From contig RHPI01003011.1 in the NCBI GenBank assembly GCA_009103225.1, forward strand, positions 1-37,976: a DNA stretch of 37,976 bases, written 5' to 3'. Source of the stretch: Chlorokybus atmophyticus (Eukaryota > Plantae > Mesostigma and Chlorokybus algae). The notes beneath the pieces are model-generated. The model did not search any database. It had not been told where the DNA came from and saw only the letters and a program-made list of their open reading frames with translations. A program made the position numbers and the translations under genes. This document shows positions 9,958-20,830 of this stretch, one piece after another; within the stretch, counting starts at the first letter, position 1, and each line of letters begins with the position of its first letter.

Positions 9958-12144
9958 GACCAGCCCTGGTCCGCACGTACGGATCCGGGCCTAAACGCCA
10001 GGGCGGCTTGGGTCCGGACCAGGGTCGCGCGCCTTGGTCTACACGCGGGGACCAGGGCTGGTCCAAACAGTACGTAATTGTCCCACGGTCCTCCGAAAAC
10101 TGAGCCAACCCTGGTGCCGGTGGAAACCGACAAGTGCCCGACCGAAGTCCTCTTGCATGGACCATGCTTGATCAACGGAATGCCGCGCACGTTCATGAAG
10201 CAGGTGCGCTTACGTTAACCCATGGCGTGACTGCCGGTCTAAGACCGGTCGTCAAGTTGAATGCGTTTGGCCGGACAGCATGAAGACAACTGACGACGGT
10301 TGAAAGTACTATGCTGGCGGCTAACTGCAACTAAGCCGCAGCTGACTGCGATTAGGCCGCTGCATGGTAGCCTGGCGGGCGGCCTGGTGTTTCATATCAA
10401 GAGCACCAGGCCACGCCGATGGCCTGGTCATCCTGGTCGCTTCCAGGCCAGCATAACTTGGCCAGAGACGGTAGCCACAGCCATGGCGTTCTCAGCCGCC
10501 CTGCACGCTCAGGGCCTGGTGACGTTCAGCAGGCTATGAGCCATAATTAGAATGAATGCTCAGGCCAGGAAGAGTGCCGGCCTTCATGCTGCACCTGTTG
10601 ACAATTAGGCATACATGCACACCAAGCAGACATACCAACCAACATTGCAAATTACGTGAAGAGTGGTATCGCATCAGCAATTGATACGCACCTACATCAA
10701 TCAACAACCACGCTAGTGCTAACTACCTAGTCAAGCCTGGTGTAAGTTGAGTACCTCATCTACAGTAGACAAGCGAATACATGCACACACACGCATGCAC
10801 TTTAACAATTGAATACTCAGTCACACGCGCACACATCATAAAAACGCGTACCTGCCACAACCTGACGTCCGCTCCCACTACATTGAGTGCCACAAACTTG
10901 GCCACTGTGCGGGGCCTGCACGTATGATCAAAAGGCTTGCCCGCGTGGGCATGCCTTTGTGCATACTGTGCCTGAACACGGCAGACATGCGCAGGCTTAT
11001 CTACGTATGTGCACATGTGTGCCCTTTCACACATAAGCAATGCTCAATGGTCACAACACGCATGCACGCATGCGTGCATGCACGCTCACTCAAGCGCGTG
11101 CACACATACACACTCATCGCACCTTGAGATTGGTGCAGGGCACGGAGCAGCTGAGGCGAGGTAGTGCTTAAAGCATCATGATGGGGGGCAGTCCACACAC
11201 CTGCGCGTGTGCATGAGCGCATGCACATGCGTGTGCACGTGTGCGCATGCTTTATATGTGTGCCTGTGTTGTCTCTTTTAGAGAAGGGCGACAGGGGGGG
11301 GGGGGGGGGGGNTACACGCAGCTACTGCCTCAGAGGCCGCACTGTTCAGTGCGGCTTGTGAGCCATCCTATAGACTGTCTGATAGGTCGCACTGGCCAGT
11401 GCGGTCTATGAGGGAGCCTCATAGACTGTCCTGGATAGTGCGAGCTATACAGCCCAACAAGTGTGTATGTGTGTGTGTGCGCGCGCGTGCATGCATGCGT
11501 GACAAGGAGCAGCACTTGCATGCTTGCATGCCTGTGCGGTCTATGAGCTCAACTACAGGTGTGTTCGTTTACACATATGCAATGTTTCACAACACACACG
11601 CACACGCACTTATGCACGCACGCACGCACGCATGTGCGCACAATCATGCGCGTGCGCGTGTGTGTGTTTCACAGCACACACACACTCAGCGCACCTTGAA
11701 GATGGTGGAGAGCCGCGCACCACAAACTCGAAGCAGCGCGTTGCTAGTTGCCAGCTTTGGGGGCAGTTCGCGTTGTGAGCGCATTCATATGCGTGCGTTC
11801 ACATGAGCACGCGCGTATGCTTGTGTGTGCGTGTGCGTGCGTGTGCGCTTCTTGAAAGAGGAAGAGGGGGGGCCGGGGAGGGGGGGGGGGGGGGGGACAC
11901 TTGTTCACATGCATAATGTACATACGACGNATTGGCTTACAGGCCGCACTGGACAATGCGGTCTATAAGCCTACAGCAATCGGCTCATAGGCCGCATTGG
12001 ACAGTGCAATCCGATTGCAAATGATGAGCCGAATCTTGACCAGTGTGTGTACATGCGTCTTTCAGAAGGAGCACATGTGTACTCGTGCATACGCGTGCAA
12101 ATGCGCACGCATTCACCTCTTCGTCCCCTTACCCCTCCGCTCAC
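9958..12144 (+). repeat. Non-coding repeat element of about 2.2 kb (left copy), rich in hairpins and TGCA/CA tracts
   Basis: Collinear inverted homology to 34985..33855 plus 25783..24888. Anchors include GTGTTTCATATCAAGAGC vs GCTCTTGATATGAAGCAC, GCACTTGCATGCTTGCATG, and CCCCTCCGCTCAC (12132-12144) vs 24888-24900. Confidence 0.75.
11327..11454. repeat. Array of three ~38-bp palindromic units (consensus GGCTCATAGGCCGCACTG-NN-CAGTGCGGCCTATGAGCC)
   Basis: Units at 11327, 11377 and 11416. Further copies at 11934, 11982 (partial), 24208, 24267 (partial), 25051, 25554 and 25606. Confidence 0.8.
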
Positions 12145-12294
12145 AGACCTATTAAAGAGGTCTAGGTGCACTAATTGCAGGGCTCTGGTCCCTCGCCTTG
12201 AGCAGCAGCATGACAGAGCTCCCTCACCAACACCGATGTCCGAATCACTTGTACAGTGAGGGTTTCAGTCGCGCACACACGCGCCTAGCGTTTG

Positions 12295-13554
12295 TACATA
12301 CCCTATTCTCGATATATATATATCGATAAACCCTATTCTTGACCGTTTACACATAGGTTCCAATGAAAGAAAAAGAATATACATAACCCTAGTCGCCCCA
12401 AAGCGCCGCGTGACATTGTCGCTGTTGACGCGCATCGGCATTAAAACTTGAGGTTACGCTCGTCGCCGCCGACAACAGTTGAAGCGTTGTGGTCCATCGA
12501 TATTGACAAACAACGACGTGTCGGTCGCTGTCATCAGCGACAAGCGCCGACGTCGTCACAAGCATCCCAAGTCGGCGACATTAATGATGTAATGCTTGCC
12601 CCCCGATAGCTGCTCAGGCCCCCCGACCCGGAGTGGAAGCGACAACCATTCAAAAGCGGCAGTAGGCCTAGTGCAGGCGCGGGGCCAAGGTCCCGACGCC
12701 ACTGAAAGCCTTGCCAATAAATTGCCTGGTAGCGTCGTTATTTCTGACATGTGACTGAGTGCACTTGGTTGTGCTGTCCTGCTGTTATCGTTTATGATGT
12801 GCTGTAGTGGTCTCAACGTTGGTCGATGAAAGGCTTTTCATCGACAAGTTAGACACAACATTCATGGGCAGCAATACTGTTGTCTGACTGCCTTAATGTC
12901 AATGCATAAATGTGTTAACATTCACGACCTTCATGTGCAAGCCATGTTTGCCGCCTATTCAACGGAATGCTCATCAATGGGTGACACTTTCGCAAGGAGC
13001 GGTGTGATAAGCGCCAAATTTCGTTCCGCCTAATGGCAACGTAATCACGAGTCGGCTGTGATTGCTCGTCGACGTAATATGGAGTTGTCGGTCAATCTCC
13101 AGGCCGGCATTGTCGGCATCGCATGTCGTTGTCGACGTGAGTCGCTCGCCACACCGTTGGGCGGCCAGCTGTAGTGCTTCAGCAGCTATACATACCCTGT
13201 TCTCAATAAATATCGCAGTATATAAGTCGATGAACCCTACTTTCGACGGATTACACATGGGTTTTAATAAGAGTACATAACCCTAGTCGCCCCAAAGTTG
13301 TCGCTGTCGACGCGCATCGGCATGGAAAACTTTAGGTTACGCTCGTCGCCGCCGACAACAGTTGACACATCGTGGTCCATCGTCATCGTCGATAAGTGAC
13401 GTGTCAATCGCTGTAAAAAGCGACAAGCGATGACATTGTCTTAGGCATCTCAAGTCGGCGACATTAGTGATGTAATGCTTGCCCCACGATAGCTGCTCAG
13501 GACTGCGAGTGGAAGCTTACTTTGCACGACCATTTCAAAGCGGCAGTAGGCCTA
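12295..13554 (+). repeat. Diverged direct repeat of about 370 bp, two copies (12295..12670 and 13189..13554), offset 894 bp
   Basis: Shared TACATACCCT, TACATAACCCTAGTCGCCCCAAAG, GGTTACGCTCGTCGCCGCCGACAACAGTTGA and AAAGCGGCAGTAGGCCTA. Confidence 0.85.
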
Positions 13555-13584
13555 ATGACAAGAATCAATGCAATAGGCCTGGAG

Positions 13585-14110
13585 TGTAACAGCACCACCG
13601 TCGCCGGTGATGCCCCTTCAATCCTCTACCCCAACACCCACACCGCTGATGACAAGCCTTTTAGCGTCGTGGCCGCCACTGAGCAGAGAACTGAAAGTGA
13701 GGTCGCATCAGTTTGATGTGACCTTATTTCAAGAGTATATCAAATATACACCTAACAATATTAACTCACAACAACACAACAACTACCCTACAGATAGGGT
13801 AATTAAGAAATCCAGCGTAAGCCAATCACAGCTCAGATAAGGTACCTATTGATAAGGTACCTACCGAAAGGTACCTATCGTAAGGTACCTAACGAGATAG
13901 TGATCACATTTTATCAAATGTGACACCAAATAGGCTTGAATAAGCGGTTCTACACCCATAGGGACTTATTCAAGCCATGATAAAGCATCATAGCCTTTGA
14001 TAAGCGAGGAACCGTAGAAAAAAGGTATAAATAAGCATATTTAGGTACTCATTAATACAGAATGTGTTATTTAGGCAGCAATAATACCCATATTATTATT
14101 GCTCCCTACA
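13585..14110 (-). repeat. Putative 3' LTR of the chromovirus (about 526 bp)
   Basis: TGTA...TACA termini and an adjacent PPT. No second copy in the window to confirm the left end. Confidence 0.6.
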
Positions 14111-14696
14111 TTCCCCACCACTTTGGTTTTCAACGTCCTCGTCGAACTCAAGTTGATCAGGCTTGATTTTGAGTAATTGTAACCAGTGAGATGGCAGGAA
14201 ATGACAGGGTGGTGATGAAACTGCACTGCCAGTCTGTCATCAACCAAGCCCACAGTTTTACGGGTCGGGACGTGTGTCCCAGTAAGCTCGAAGCAACTTG
14301 CGGTAGTGCGTAAGATGCCTGTCGGGCTCCCAACTGTTATGTTTCGGGCCATACCGTTTCCATTTCACCAAATAGCAGGTTGCGCGTCCCCGACTATTCA
14401 GCTTATGGTCCAAAATGGTTTCCACCTCGTATTCGAGCTCGGTGTCCACCTCAACCGGTGGTGGTGGAGGCTGTATTCTACCGTCTGAGCGGTATGGTTT
14501 CAACAAGTTCACGTGGAACACGTTGTGTATACGCACACTTGGTGGCAATCGCAGTCGATAAGCGTGCGTACCAACTCTATCAATGATAGAGAAAGGACCT
14601 AACCATCGGGGTAGCAACTTGCGAGCACCCGTACCTTTGATGGTCATGTTCTTTGTATTGAGCAAAACTTTATTGCCGACATCGAAAGTGGGCAGT
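13585..14696 (-). mobile_element. 3' end of a chromovirus (Ty3/gypsy): integrase C-terminus with chromodomain, PPT and 3' LTR
   Basis: FDVGNKVLL...KLLPRWLGPF...AYRLRLP...HNVFHVNLLKPY (GPY/F region); YEVETILDHK...YLVKWKRYGPKHNSWEP (chromodomain); PPT AAAGTGGTGGGGAA at 14111-14124 followed by TGTAGGG. The LTR boundary at 13585 (TGTAAC) is tentative. Confidence 0.88.
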
Positions 14697-14926
14697 TGTT
14701 GGGTCGGGGGAAGTCGAGGGTCACACTGTCTCGGGCCGCGGCAGGGAAAGTCATGCGTGTTGGTCCTGGTGCTGCAACATGGTATAACCTGTGGCAAAAG
14801 TAATTGAAAACCCAGCTTGTATAGCGAGGAGTGCTTGGTGGAGCCGCTCCATATTGCTAAACACGGACATGTGGAGGTGGTGTCTTCCTTAGTATACATG
14901 CTGTGCTGTAGGACACACAGTCAACA
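14697..14926 (-). repeat. 3' LTR of element B (about 230 bp), with PPT AGGGGGGGTGGCT at 14927-14939
   Basis: TGTTG...CAACA termini; homologous to 21822..22053 and 22687..22914 (shared GAGAC-x3-GACCCTCGAC). Confidence 0.8.
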
Positions 14927-17815
14927 AGCCACCCCCCCTGAGCTTCTGGGGAGGTTCCAGCTCCAGAGCTCAGCTGCTAACGCAGCTGAGGAGGGCCGTT
15001 GGCGCGGCAATCGTCGCACCAGTACTCCTCCATGGGTATTGCGTCTACTGGGGGCTCCAGACAGTAGCAATGCAGGCCCTTGTTACATCGCAGAGCATCA
15101 TGAGTGCGTCATTGCCAGCGCTGCCGCAGCGTTCACAGCGTGTGCTGCGGGCGGGGCGAGGGTGCTGGATGCGCGCGAAGCCTGCTACGTAGGGGAGGTG
15201 ACATGGCGCGCAGTTCACCATGTTGTCTTTTAACCTCTCGCCAATATGACCAAGAAGGTCCAGCACTCCTGCGGGGTACACCTTGAGTACCTTGTAGACG
15301 GTGCGGCCCACGGAGGTGTCGAGCGTGTTCTTGGTGGCTGTCATGCGGTAGGCAAAGTCACCTGCTTGAAACCGCCGTTGGCGCTCCTTGTAGAAGCCGC
15401 TTCGCACGCGCTCGTAGCGCAGAGTGTCACGGTGCTGTGCAATGCGCAGGTTGTGGAAGGCCATCGGGACGGTGTGCTCGAACAGCGTGGCACGTGTAGT
15501 GATGTCGTGGTGCATCCAGTGGGGATCGTCGAGGTTGTCCACCACACGGTCTACTTCCTGCTGTGCACGAAAAGGAAGCAACGGCGGACGCCCGAACGGC
15601 GAGTAGTATGGGTTGTACTCGCGCAGCGCCGCCTGCTTCGACAATTGGTAGCCGAGAGCCACCCACGGAAGGTGGTCGTCCCAGGTGTTCTTTCATAATC
15701 CAGCACGTACTTGCGGAGTGCCTTCTTGATAGTCTGCACCGTCCGCTCGGCGAGACCGTCGGCTTGAGGGTGGTCACGCGAAGTACGGCGATGATCGATG
15801 TAACATATGTCCAGCAGGGTGTCAAACTCCCCTCTGAACTCAGTGCCCTGGTCGGTAATGACCTCAGCGCAGCTGCCGTACCGGCTGAGGACATGGGAGA
15901 GGAAAGCTTGAGCCACCCCCCTGCTGCTCTTGTTGGGTAATGGCACCAGCTCCACCCATTTGTAGAAGTGCTCGATTATGACCAGGATGTTGCGGTTGCC
16001 CCGCGCCGAGGGTGCCAAGTCTTTTAAGATGTCGAGTCCCCAGCGGTAGAACAGCTCAGAGATGGGGAGAGGGTGCAAGGTGGCGCTGCGTGTGTTGAGG
16101 CTGGCACGTACCATGTCACACTGCTGGCAGCGACTGACGAACCCCTGCACCTGTTTGAACAGCCCATACCACCAATATTGCGCCCTTACCAGGCTGACGG
16201 TACGCTTGACACCGAAGTGCCCAAGCTCCATGTGGAGGGCAGCGATAATGCCCTCGCGTGTGGCTGGTGTTGGCACCTCCTTGTCCTCGGCCTGGACGCG
16301 GCGGTACACTTTGTCGTCCGCCCACCGGTATTGACGGGTGCGCTGACTGACACATTCTTGCTCTCGTGCACTCTTACTCGAGGGAAGTTGGCCACTTTTA
16401 AGGAAGGAGAGTGATGGCTTGTCTATCCATATGTTCTGCCTGGTGTCGGTGGGTGCCAGCTCGGTGTCATCGACTTCGATGTCGATCGCGTGGACGTCCC
16501 CTAGTGGTGTGGTCACCGTGGGGTTGGTAGCCTCAAGGGCAAGAACCTCCCGGTCGTTGAGGTGGTGTTGATCTGGCGCCCTGACCGTAACGTGGCAGCA
16601 GCAAACATGGCCGCCATGGTGGGAGCTGCTTCTGCGGGGCCGAGCTCGTGCTAAGCTCCGGTTGCATCGTTGGTACTGCGGTGAGGGTTGCGACTGAGGC
16701 CATCAGCGTCCTGGTTGGTGAGGCCGGCGCGGTGGTCGATATCAAAGTCATACTCCTGAAGTAACAGGGCCTAGCGAGCAAGTTTCCCTGTCAGATGTTG
16801 GTTGGTCATTAACCACTTGAGTGGCTGATGATCGGTGATCAGTTGGAATTGTCGACCAAAAAGGTCTGAAGAAGAAGATAGCCCATACTGCAGCGAGGCA
16901 CTCACCCCCCTCGTAGCTGCTGTAGTTGGCCTCAGCGATGTTGTTGCTTCGGCTGGCGTACGACACCACCCGCTCCTTCTTGTTCTCATTGTGCTGTACC
17001 AGCACAGCCCCCATCCCAAGTTTGCTCCAGTCGGTGTGAAGGAAGAAGGGCTTGTTGTAGTCGGGACGTTGCAGGATGGGAGCGGTGGTGAGCCTGCCCT
17101 TTAGCTCCTCAAGTGCCTGCTGTTGTGGCCCCTTCCACGCAAACTCCACCTCCTTCTTCAGGAGCTCGTTGAGGGGTCGCGCGATCTTTGCGAAGTTCTT
17201 CACGAACCGGCAATAGTAGTTGGCAAAAGCCAGAAAGGCACGCAGACGCATAAGGTCTGTGGGAGCAGGGATAGCCGCCAAAGCCTCCACCTTTGCCTGC
17301 TGTATGTACACACCGTGGGGCACAATCATGTGCCCTAGGTAGGGTACCTTGCGAGTGAAGAAGGTGCACTTGTCGGGGTGCACTGTCATCCCCACCCCCT
17401 TGAGTCTCTCCAGCACTTCCTCAATGTGTTGCAGGTGCACGTCGTTACTGCGACTGAAGTTGAGAATGTCGTCAATGTAGCATCGCGCGGAGTCCGGCCC
17501 CTTCAAGGCTTTGTCCATGACGCGCTGGAACTTGGCAGGAGCGTTCTTCAGTCCGAAGGGCATGACCTTCCACTGGTACAGCTGCCGGTTGCCCCAGATT
17601 GAGGTCTTGTGCTTGTCCTCCTCCTTGATGGCAATCTGGTTGTACCCTTGTCGCATGTCCAGGATGCTGAAGACGGTACAGTCTCCTGCATTCATCAAAG
17701 ATACCCTATGCATTAGGCATTTTATAGCTATCTTGTTTGGTTTGTTGTGGAGGGGGCGAGAGTCGCCGCACATACGCCGATCTGTCCAGTTGCCTGCAGA
17801 ATCCTTCTTCTTTAC
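14697..17815 (-). mobile_element. Ty3/gypsy element B (RT, RNaseH, integrase, PHD finger, PPT, 3' LTR), degenerate, abutting the chromovirus integrase
   Basis: RMCGDSRPL, LDMRQGYNQI, MPFGLKNAPAKFQR, CYIDD (YIDD at 17468-17479), LHTDWSK, HMELGH...CQQC (HHCC), WGLDI...VITDQGTEF...ERTVQT (DDE), and a PHD at about 15007-15140 with a small frameshift. Confidence 0.93.
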
Positions 17816-18610
17816 CGCACTGTAGCCTCCGTTCAGCATGCGTATCCACCCCCGAAAGATGGCCGCGAACCCCATGGCCTGCATCACTCGGTCCAGCAAC
17901 GTCAAGTCCAGCCGGTCGAACGCCTTCTCAAAGTCCAAGAGCAAGATCGCCACCTCCTGCTGCGAGGACTCCGCACAGCTAATGGCATCCAACGCGGTGA
18001 GCACGTTGTCGAGGATGTAGCGGTGCTTCACGAAGCCCGTTTGCTCCACAGAAAGCACCTCCGACAACAACGGTGACAAGTGAAGAGCCAACGCCTTAGC
18101 TAGGATCTTATAGTGGATGGGCAACAAGTTGATGGGGCGCCAGTTACGAAGATCACCCAATGCACCCTTCTTGTGTAAGAGCACAATGATGCCCGTGCGC
18201 TGCGACGCACCCATGCTACCTCGACGCAAAATGTCTTGGCAATAGGTGGTGTAATCAGCACGTAAGACAGGCCAAAGATGCTGCCAAAACGCAGCAGTTA
18301 AGCCATCTTTGCCAGGGCTTTTATGCGGGGACATGGCCCGCAAAGCTGCATGCAGCTCGACCATGGAAACCTCCGCATTGAGGGTTGCGCTCTCCTCCTC
18401 CGAGAGTGCGGGTGCGATAGCTTTCACACACATGTCTAGTGCAGCAGCTTTCTCCGCGTCCACCGGGGAGGATGTGTAGGGGGTGTGCGTAGAAATCCTT
18501 GGCAGCCTCAGAAAGCGAGGCTTGCAAGGTGAGCGGGGGGTCGTGAGCCTGCAGTGTGTAGCTGAGCTCGAGCAAGGGGGCTGCCACTCTGTCCGCCCGT
18601 CCTTTGGCAA
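16748..18610 (-). pseudogene. Chimeric open frame: N-terminal half of a LINE RT fused in frame to a gypsy RT and RNaseH start
   Basis: KSPGKDGL, WRPINLL, QTGFVKHRYILDN and LLDFEKAFDRLD are non-LTR motifs. After NGGYSAV the frame reads KKKDSAGNWTDRRMCGD...YIDD...TDWSK, which are Ty3/gypsy motifs. Confidence 0.9.
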
Positions 18611-20830
18611 AGAACGAGAGGCTCATCCGCTCGCCTTCCAGCCTCCAGCGGCTGCTGGCTCGGATGAAGCTGCCTTCCAGCGCGCGGCTTTCCAGCTCGT
18701 CCAAGGTGGCGTGCAAGCGGTGACAAGCCGCTTGCGCACCTGCGTTGATGGGTGCGTAACACAGTGCCTGTTCCGCCGCTGCGAGGAGGCTGCGACTGAT
18801 TGCCTCGTTCTGCGTGCGAGCACTGCGAATTCTAGTGGTGTGCTGCTTGGCCAGGGTAGCAAGGGCGTCAATGCCATCTTCGAACCAGTCCACAAACGAC
18901 GGGGAGGAGTGGCGTAGATGTTGCCGGTGCACCCACAACTGTTCCGCATCGGAGCAAAAAAAGCTATCCTTTAGTAGGGATGGGTCCAGCTTCCAGCAAC
19001 CGGGGCCGCGAGGAAGGGAGCACAAAGAGCGAAAGGAGAAGATAACCGGGAGGTGATCGAACATGGTCTCTCCAAACTTAACTTCCGAAGTCAGCGTGTG
19101 CGTACGCAGGGAGATGCTAGCATAAATCCGGTCCAACCTAGCTGCTCTTCTCTCATTTCCCCCTCGCCAGTTGCTCCGTGTGTAGCATACATCGTCGGGG
19201 TGGAGAATGCGGTGAGTGTCCTCCACTTCCAGCGCCGCCGTGAGGTGGGAGAAAGAGAGGGGAGAGTAGGCCGAAAGCAGAGTAGAGGTGTGCAAACGGT
19301 CTAGTGGTGCGTCCTCCACGAAATTCCAATCCCCTCCGAGTATGCAGTAATCCGCTGAAGGCAGAGCTGCAGCCAAGGTGGAGAAGAAGGTAGATCTGTC
19401 GGACTCGGTGTTGGGTGCATACACCGAGGCGATGAGGAGCAGAGAGCCCTCCCAATGCAGCCTAAGCCAGCAACAAGGAGCCGGGGCGCAGGTGCCGTGG
19501 TCGACAACATGCTGCTCCCAGCGTTTGGCATACAATATCGCAACCCCGCCTTTACTACCATCAGCGAGAGACCACCCCGAGCTGCCCGACCAGCAGGCAT
19601 CCGACGATGTGCCTAGCTTGGTTTCTTGAAGTAAAACAAAGAGGTTGTCCCCGTGTCCCCAGGCACGCAGCCGTCGAAGTAAAACCGCTCGTTTGCTTCT
19701 TCCGAGATGCGTTGCCGTTCCCCCCAGCCCGCGCACATTCCATGCGCATACGGACAAGGCGGTCCTCATGGGGTGGAGCGCGAAACGTCCTCAGGCTGAA
19801 GCCCAGTAGTTCCGCGAGGGAGACGACCTGGGTATCAGCTGGGGACCAGCGCAAAGCATCCTGAAGCGAGGTGTCTGCGTTGCAAGGCAGTGGCAGAAGC
19901 TGCTGCGCTTGCGCTCGAAGGAGACGGAGAGCGGATGCGGTGACGGGCCCAACAAGCGCGTCCATACCACCCTCCACGTGTGCCAGCTTGCGCACATTGA
20001 CCCACACCACGTTGCCTCCCTCCGCTGCTAGCAGCATCTCCTCGAGGGAGATCACCCAAACCACGCATTGCTGCACCCCCTCCTCGCGGAGTAGCAGCGT
20101 GCTGGAGGCTGCGCTCCATTCCTCCCAAGGGACGTCTACCGAGAGCTGGAGCAGGTCTGCTGCCAGACGTCGCAGCTGCACCTCTGTGGCGCCCTCCCCA
20201 GAGCTGGCCAAACCAAAGGGAACGGGTGAAGGAGCTGTGCATCTGCCAAGGCCCAGCCACCATTCACCATCTTGGCAGCGGAGTACGGCCATGAGCGCGC
20301 GCACAGCTCGTGGGGCCGTGGCCTTGACAGGTAAGTGGAAGCCTCCGGCCAGTTTCTGAGAGTGGGGTGTGGGTTGGGTGGCCTCCGCGCGTGGAAGCAC
20401 CGGCTTTGGAGGAGAGAACAACCTCCTTTCCACCAACTTCTGCCCGGAGGAGATTGCGGACGCAGGGGCAACTGGAGCATCAGTGACTGGTTGGGGGGAG
20501 ACCAGCTGCTTGGAAGGCGTCAAGGAAGGTGAGGCCTAGCGCAATGCGTCCGGATGCCCTGTCGTGCAGAGATTCCGCCCATGCAGTCACGGTGGCCCAA
20601 CGATGTGTGTCCGTGAGTGTCATGGTAAGGGTGGAGGCCATTGCGGGGAGCACCACCAGCAGGTACAACTTGTTGTGCCTCTTGCCGTTGCCTCGCACCG
20701 CAACAATGTTGGACAGGGCGCGTGAAGGCTCCAGCTCCTCCGAGTCCGATGCCAGCGGGTAGCCAGTCGCAGTGATGGTCTCGCACAGACAGCTACTCAG
20801 CCAAGACTCAGAGTGAGGAGAGAGGGACGG
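17816..20830 (-). mobile_element. L1/Tx1-type LINE fragment (ORF1 C-terminal region, APE endonuclease, RT N-half), truncated at both ends
   Basis: ORF 18321..19769 has the APE motifs WNVRG, LQETK, SVYAPN, GGDWN, RLDRIY and DHLPV. A frameshift near 18480 leads into the RT. Homologous to the LINE at 25784..33854. Confidence 0.9.

Noticed and set aside
11294-11312. Poly-G/poly-C tracts (also near 11875-11896, 24471-24485, 31711-31735 and the window end) as G-quadruplex regulators
   Set aside because: Most abut N joins or the window end, so their lengths are unreliable.
10750-12260. Many C/H/M/A-rich ORFs here and at 23950-25700 and 37490-37925
   Set aside because: They are translations of (TG/CA)n and TGCA low-complexity tracts.
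12328-12392. AACCCT motifs as interstitial telomeric repeats
   Set aside because: The motifs are isolated and not tandem, and they belong to the 370-bp direct repeat.
14692-14696. GCAGT as the TSD of element B
   Set aside because: The 5' end of B is missing, replaced by the LINE fragment, so no second copy could be matched.
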